Source of the DNA: Eledone cirrhosa
Lineage: Eukaryota
DNA: 64,000 bases
Direction: 5' to 3'
NCBI GenBank assembly: GCA_964016885.1
Contig: OZ024742.1
Coordinates: forward strand, 184,760,001 to 184,824,000
Shown here: piece by piece, positions 57,401-64,000 of the stretch
Position numbering within the stretch: the first letter of the stretch is position 1
Layout: every line of letters starts with the position of its first letter
Program-made: the position numbers and the translations under genes
The notes under the pieces: generated by a model
Databases searched by the model: none
Seen by the model: the letters and a program-made list of their open reading frames with translations, nothing else
Told to the model about the DNA's origin: nothing

Positions 57401-60400
57401 TGGGTTTAGGTTAAGTTGGGGTTGAGTTAAGTTGGGGTTAAGTTAAGTTGGGGTTAATTTAAGTTGGGGTTAAGTTAAGTTGGGGCTGAGTTAAGTTGGG
57501 GTTAAGTTAAGTTGGGGTTAAGTTAAGTTGGGGTTAAGTTAAGTTGGGGTTAAGTTAAGTTGGGGTTAAGATAAGTTGGGGTTAAGTTAAGTTGGGGTTG
57601 AGTTAAGTTGGGGTTGAGTTAATTTGGGGTTAAGTTAAGTTGGGGTTAACTTAAGTTGGGGTTCAGTTAAGTTGGCGTTCAGTTAAGTTGCGGTGAAGTT
57701 AAGTTGGGGTTAACTTAAGTCGGGGTTAAGTTAAGTTGGGGTTAAGTTAAGTTGGGGTGAAGTTAAGTTGGGGTTAAGTTAAGTTGGGGTTATGTTAAGT
57801 TGGCGTTCAGTTAAGTTGCGGTGAAGTTAAGTTGGGGTTAACTTAAGTCGGGGTTAAGTTAAGTTGGGGTTAAGTTAAGTTGGGGTCAAGTTAAGTTGGG
57901 GTTAAGTTAAGTTGGGGTTATGTTAAGTTGGGGTTAAGTTAAGTTGGGGTTAAGTTAAGTCGGGGTTAAGTTAAGTTGGGGTTAAGTTAATTGGGGGTAA
58001 GTTAAGTTTGGGTTAAGTTGGGGTTAAGTTAAGTTAGGGTTAAGTTACGTTGGGGTTGAGTTAAGTTGGGGTTAATTTAAATTGGGGTTAAGTTAACTTT
58101 GTGGTTAAGTTAAGTTGGGGTTAAGTTAAGTTGAGGTTAAGTTAATTTGAGGTTAAGTTAAGTTGGGGTTAAGTTAAGTTGGGGTTAAATTAAGCTGGGT
58201 TGAAGTTAAGTTGGGGTTAAGTTAAGTTGGGGTTAAGTTAAGTTGGGGTCAAGTTAAGTTGGGGTTAAGTTAAGTTAGGGTTAAGTTAAGCTTGGGTTAA
58301 ATTAAGTTGGGGTTGAGTTAATTTGGGGTTGAGTTAAGTTGGGGTTGAGTTAAGTTGGGGTTGAGTTAAGTTGGGGTTAAGTTAAGTTGGGGTTAACTTA
58401 AGTTGGGGTTAAGTTAAGTTGGGGTCAATTTAAGTTGAGGTTAAGTTAACTTGGGATTAAGTTAAGTTGGGGTTAACTTAAATTGAGGTTAAGTTAAGTT
58501 GGGGTTAAGTTAAGTTGGGGGTAAGTTAAGTTGGGGGTAAGTTAAGTTTGGGTTAAGTTGGGGTTAAGTTAAGTTAGGGTTAAGTTACGTTGGGGTTGAG
58601 TTAAGTTGGGGTTAATTTAAATTGGGGTTAAGTTAACTTTGTGGTTAAGTTAAGTTGGGGTTAAGTTAAGTTGAGGTTAAGTTAATTTGAGGTTAAGTTA
58701 AGTTGGGGTTAAGTTAAGTTGGGGTTAAATTAAGCTGGGTTGAAGTTAAGTTGGGGTTAAGTTAAGTTGGGGTTAAGTTAAGTTGGGGTTGAGTTAAGTT
58801 GGGGTTAAGTTAAGTTGGGTTTAAGTTAAGTTGGGGTTAAGTTAAGTTGGGGTTAAGTTAAGGTGGGGTTAAGTTAAGTTGGGGTTAAGTTAAGTCGGGG
58901 TTAAGTTAAGTTGGGGTTAAGTTAAGTTGGGGTTAAATTAAGTTGGGGTTAAGTTAAGTTGGGGTTAAGATAAGTTGGGGTTAAGTTAAGTTGGGGTTGA
59001 GTTAAGTTGGGGTTGAGTTAATTTGGGGTTAAGTTAAGTTGGGGTTAACTTAAGTTGGGGTTAAGTTAAGTTGGCGTTCAGTTAAGTTGCGGTTAAGTTA
59101 AGTTGGGGTTAACTTAAGTCGGGGTTAAGTTAAGTTGGGGTTAAGTTAAGTTGGGGTCAGGTTAAGTTGGGGTTAAGTTAAGTTGGGGTTAAGTTAAGTT
59201 GGGGTTAAGTTAAGTCGGGGTTAAGTTAAGTTGGGGTTAAGTTAAGTTGGGGTTAAGTTAAGTTGGGGTCAAGTTAAGTTGGGGTTAAGTTAAGTTGGGG
59301 TTAAGTTAAGTTGGGGTTAAGTTAAGTCGCGGTTAGTTAAGTTGGGGTTAAGTTAAGATGGGGTTAAGTTAAGTTGTGGTTAAGTTAAGTTGGGGTTAAG
59401 ATAAGTTGGGGTTAACTTAAGTTGCGGTTGAGTTAAGTTAGGGTTGAGTTAATTGGGGTTAAGTTAAGTTGGGGCTAAGTTAAGTTGGGGCTAAGTTAAG
59501 TTGGGGCTAAGTTAAGTTGGGGTTAAGTTAAGGTGGGGTTTAGTTAAGTTGGGGTTGAGTTAAGTTGGGGTTGAGTTAAGTTGGGGTTAAGTTAAGTTGG
59601 GGTTAAGTTAAGTTAGGGTTAACTTAAGTTGGGGTTAAGTTAAGTTTAGGTTAACTTAAGTTGGGGTTAAGTTAAGTTGGGGTTAAGTTAAGTTGGGGCT
59701 AAGTTAAGTTGGGGCTAAGTTAAGTTGGGGCTAAGTTAAGTTGGGGTTAAGTTAAGGTGGGGTTTAGTTAAGTTGGGGTTGAGTTAAGTTGGGGTTGAGT
59801 TAAGTTAGGGTTAAGTTAAGTTGGGGTTAAGTTAAGTTAGGGTTAACTTAAGTTGGGGTTAAGTTAAGTTGGGGTTGAGTTAAGTTGGGGTTTAATTAAG
59901 TTGGGGTTGAGTTAAGTTGGGGTTGAGTTAAGTTGGGCTTGAGTTAAGTTGGGGTTGAGTTAAGTTGGGCTTATCTTAAGTTGGGGTTAATTTAAGATGG
60001 GGTTAAGTTAAGTTGGGGTTAAGTTAATTTGGGGTTAAGTTAAGTTGGGGTTAAGTTAAGTTGGGGTTATGTTAAGTTGGGGTTAAGTTAAGTTGAGGTT
60101 AACTTAAGTTGGGGTTAAGTTAAGTTGGGGTTAAGTTAAGTTGGGGCTAAGTTAAGTTGGGGCTAAGTTAAGTTGGGGTTAAGTTAAGTTGGGGTTAAGT
60201 TAAGTTGGGGTCAACTTAAGTTGGGGCTAAGTTAAGTTGGGGTTAAGTTAAGTTGGGGCTAAGTTAAGTTGGAGTTAAGTTAAGTTGGGGTTAAATTAAG
60301 TTGGGGTCAACGTAAGTTGGGGTTAAGTTAAGTTGGGGTTAAGTTAATTTGGGGGTAAGTTAAGTTGGGGTTAAGTTAAGTTGGGGTTAAGTTAAGTTGG

Positions 60401-63400
60401 GGTTAAGTTAAGTTGGGGCTGAGTTAAATTGGGGCTGTGTTAAGTTGGGGTTAAGTTAAGTTGGGGTTAAGTTAAGTTGGGGTTAAGTTAAGTTGGGGTT
60501 AAGTTGGGGTTAAATTAAGTTGGGGTTAATTTAAGTTGGGGTTAAGTTAAGTTGGGTTTAGGTTAAGTTGGGGTTGAGTTAAGTTGGGGTTAAGTTAAGT
60601 TGGGGTTAATTTAAGTTGGGGTTAAGTTAAGTTGGGGCTGAGTTAAGTTGGGGTTAAGTTAAGTTGGGGTTGAGTTAAGTTGGGGTTAAGTTAAGTTGGG
60701 GTTAAGTTAAGTCGGGGTTAAGTTAAGTTGGGGTTAAGTTAAGTTGGGGTTAAGTTAAGTTGGGGTTAAGTTAAGTTGGGGTTAAGTTAAGTTGTGGTTA
60801 AGATAAGTTGGGGTTAAGTTAAGTTGGGGTTGAGTTAAGTTGGGGTTGAGTTAATTTGGGGTTAAGTTAAGTTGGGGTTAAGTTAAGTTGGGGTTAAGTT
60901 AAGTTGGGGTTAAGTTAAGTTGGGGTTAAGATAAGTTGGGGTTAAGTTAAGTTGGGGTTGAGTTAAGTTGGGGTTGAGTTAAGTTGGGGTTAAGTTAAGT
61001 TGGGGTTAATTTAAGTTGGGGTTAAGTTAAGTTGGGGCTGAGTTAAGTTGGGGTTAAGTTAAGTTGGGGTTGAGTTAAGTTGGGGTTAAGTTAAGTTGGG
61101 GTTAAGTTAAGTCGGGGTTACGTTAAGTTGGGGTTAAGTTAAGTTGGGGTTAAGTTAAGTTGGGGTTAAGTTAAGTTGGGGTTAACTTAAGTCGGGGTTA
61201 AGTTAAGTTGGGGTTAAGTTAAGTTGGGGTCAAGTTAAGTTGGGGTTAAGTTGGGGTTATGTTAAGTTGGGGTTAAGTTAAGTTGGGGTTAAGTTAAGTC
61301 GGGGTTAAGTTAAGTTGGGGTTAAGTTAAGTTGGGGTTAAGTTAAGTTGGGGTCAAGTTAAGTTGGGGTTAAGTTAAGTTGGGGTTAAGTTAAGTCGCGG
61401 TTAAGTTAAGTTGGGGTTAAGTTAAGATGGGGTTAAGTTAAGTTGGGGTTAAGTTAAGTTGGGGTTAAGATAAGTTGGGGTTAAGTTAAGTTGGGGTTGA
61501 GTTAAGTTGGGGTTGAGTTAATTGGGGTTAAGTTAAGTTGGGGTTAACTTAAGTTGGGTTTAAGTTAAGTTGGGGTTAAGTTAAGTTGGGGTTAAATTAA
61601 GTTGGGGTTAAGATAAGTTGGGGTTAAGTTAAGTCGGGGTTAAGTTAAGTCGGGGTTAAGTTAAGTTGGGGTTAAGTTAACTTGGTGTTAAGTTAAGTTG
61701 GGGCTCAGTTAAGTTGGGGTTGAGTTAAGTTGGGGTCAATTTAAGTTGGGACTAAGCTAAGTTGGGGTTAAGTTAAGTTGGGGTTAAGTTAAGTTGGCGC
61801 TAAGTTTAGTGAAGGTTAAGTTAAGTTGGGGTTGAGTTAAGTTTGGGTTAAGTTAAGTTGGGGTTAAGTTAAGTTAGGGTTAAGTTAAGCTTGGGTTAAG
61901 TTAAGTTGGGGTTGAGTTAATTTGGGGTTGAGTTAAGTTGGGGTTGAGTTAAGTTGGGGTTGAGTTAAGTTGGGGTTAAGTTAAGTTGGGGTTAACTTAA
62001 GTTGGGGTTAAGTTAAGTTGGGGTCAATTTAAGTTGAGGTTAAGTTAACTTGGGATTAAGTTAAGTTGGGGTTAACTTAAATTGAGGTTAAGTTAAGTTG
62101 GGGTTAAGTTAAGTTGGGGGTAAGTTAAGTTGGGGGTAAGTTAAGTTTGGGTTAAGTTGGGGTTAAGTTAAGTTAGGGTTAAGTTACGTTGGGGTTGAGT
62201 TAAGTTGGGGTTAATTTAAATTGGGGTTAAGTTAACTTTGTGGTTCAGTTAAGTTGGGGTTAAGTTAAGTTGGGGCTTATTTAAGTTGGGGTTAAGTTAA
62301 GTTGTGGTTAAGTTAAGTTGGGGTTAAGTTAAGTTGGGGTTAAGTTAAGTTGGGGTTAAATTAAGCTGGGTTGAAGTTAAGTTGGGGTTAAGTTATGTTG
62401 GGGTTAAGTTAAGTTGGGGTTAAGTTAAGTTGGGGTTAAGTTAAGTCGGGGTTAAGTTAATTTGGGGTTCAGTTAAGTTGGGGTTAAGTTAAGTTGGGGC
62501 TTATTTAAGTTGGGGTTAAGTTAAGTTGTGGTTAAGTTAAGTTGGGGTTAAGTTAAGTCGGGGTTAAGTTAAGTCGGGGTTAAGTTAAGTTGTGGTTAAG
62601 TTAAGTTGGGGTTAAGTTAAGTTGGGGTTAAGTTAAGTTAGGGATAAGCTAAGTTGGCGTTAAGTTAAGTTGGGGTTAAGTTAAGTTGGGGTTAAGTTAA
62701 GTTGTGGTTAAGTTAAGTTGGGGCTGAGTTAAGTTGGGGTCAAGTTAAGTTGGGGTTGAGTTAAGTTGGGGTTAAGTTAACTTGGGGTTAATTTAAGTTG
62801 GGGTTAAGTCAAATTGGGTTTGAGTTAAGTTAGGGTTACGTTAAGTTGGGGTTAAGTTAAGTTGGGGTTAAGTTAAGTAGGGGTTAAGTTAAGTTGGGGT
62901 TAAATTAAGCTGGGTTTAAGTTAAGTTGGGGTTAAGTTAAGTTGGGGTTAAGTTAAGTTGGGGTTAAGTTAAGTTGAGGTTAAGTTAAGTTGGGGTTAAA
63001 TTCAGTTGGGGTTAACTTAAGTTGGGGTTAAGTTAAGTTGGGGTTAAGTTAAGTTGAGTTTAAGTTAAGTTGGAGTTAATTTAAGTTGAGGTTAAGTTAA
63101 GTTGTGGTAAAGTTAAGTTGGGGTTAAGTTAAGTTGGGGTTAAGTTAAGTTGGGGTTCAGTTAAGTTGGGGTTAAGTTAAGTAGGGGTTCAGTTGGGGTT
63201 AAATTAAGTTGGGGTTAAGTTAAGTTGGGGTTAAGTTAAGTTGGGGTTAATTTAAGTTGGGGTTAAGTTAAGTTGGGGTTAAGTTAAGTTGGGGTTGAGT
63301 TAAGTTGGGGTTAAGTTAAGTCGGGGTTAAGTTAAGTTGGGGTTAAGTTAAGTTGGGGTTAAGTTAAGTTGGGGTTAAGTTAAGTTGGGGTTGAGTTAAG

Positions 63401-64000
63401 TTGGGGTTAAGTTAAGTTGGGTTTAAGTTAAGTTGGGGTTAAGTTAAGTTGGGGTTAAGTTAAGGTGGGGTTAAGTTAAGTTGGGGTTAAGTTAAGTCGG
63501 GGTTAAGTTAAGTTGGGGTTAAGTTAAGTTGGGGTTAAGTTAAGTTGGGGTTAAGTTAAGTTCGGGTTAAGATAAGTTGGGGTTAAGTTAAGTTGGGGTT
63601 GAGTTAAGTTGGGGTTGAGTTAATTTGGGGTTAAGTTAAGTTGGGGTTAACTTAAGTTGGGGTTAAGTTAAGTTGGCGTTCAGTTAAGTTGCGGTTAAGT
63701 TAAGTTGGGGTTAACTTAAGTCGGGTTTAAGTTAAGTTGGGGTTAAGTTAAGTTGGGGTCAAGTTAAGTTGGGGTTAAGTTAAGTTGGGGTTAAGTTAAG
63801 TTGGGGTTAAGTTAAGTCGGGGTTAAGTTAAGTTGGGGTTAAGTTAAGTTGGGGTTAAGTTAAGTTGGGGTCAAGTTAAGTTGGGGTTAAGTTAAGTTGG
63901 GGTTAAGTTAAGTTGGGGTTAAGTTAAGTCGCGGTTAAGTTAAGTTGGGGTTAAGTTAAGATGGGGTTAAGTTAAGTTGTGGTTAAGTTAAGTTGGGGTT
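53400..64000 (+). repeat. Paralogous copy of satellite segment ~9300-19850 at ~44-kb offset
   Basis: Collinear rare variants at 9584/53745 and 10111/54272 (44161), 12786/56818, 13741/57757, ~14838/59158 and 18621/62641. Confidence 0.85.

Larger units (their letters stand above)
9169..64000 (+). repeat. 16-bp satellite (TTAAGTTAAGTTGGGG)n, ~3,400 monomers, running off the window end
   Basis: Continuous single-orientation array with point variants (TTGAG, CTAAG, TCAAG, TTAAC, TCGGGG, TTAGGG, TTGCGG, TTGGCG) and occasional 11-bp (TTAAGTTGGGG), 15-bp and 17-bp monomers. No ORF of 60 aa or more in any frame, and no foreign insertion seen. Confidence 0.99.

Noticed and set aside
9169-64000. The 16-mer as a base-calling artefact of telomeric repeats
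   Set aside because: Rare variants recur in the same order at fixed multi-kb offsets, which random miscalls would not produce. Read-level confirmation is still advisable.
9169-64000. The 16-mer array as a current telomerase product
   Set aside because: Nested higher-order duplication of many distinct variants indicates DNA-templated amplification, and its polarity is opposite to the adjacent telomere-like tract.

Overview
This window is almost entirely non-coding eukaryotic tandem-repeat DNA, with no supportable genes, RNA genes, CRISPR arrays or autonomous mobile elements. It has three parts. (1) Positions 1-9168 are a degenerate TTAGGG-type telomere-like array, C-rich (CCCTAA)n on the + strand. 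Its variant hexamers recur in the same order in duplicated blocks of about 0.35-2.8 kb. (2) Positions ~683-1212 are a small CpG-rich island inside that array, made of about two copies of a 227-bp unit plus a diverged partial copy, with hairpin-forming inverted repeats. (3) From an abrupt junction at ~9169 to the window end runs a >54.8-kb satellite of the 16-mer TTAAG-TTAAG-TTGGGG (~3,400 monomers). It is G-rich on the + strand, the opposite polarity to the adjacent telomere-like array. Rare monomer variants show nested higher-order duplications at ~0.55 kb, ~6.1-6.7 kb and ~44 kb. All ORFs in the track are translations of repeats. Offsets were read by eye from marker variants and block boundaries are approximate. 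The organism cannot be assigned from the sequence alone.
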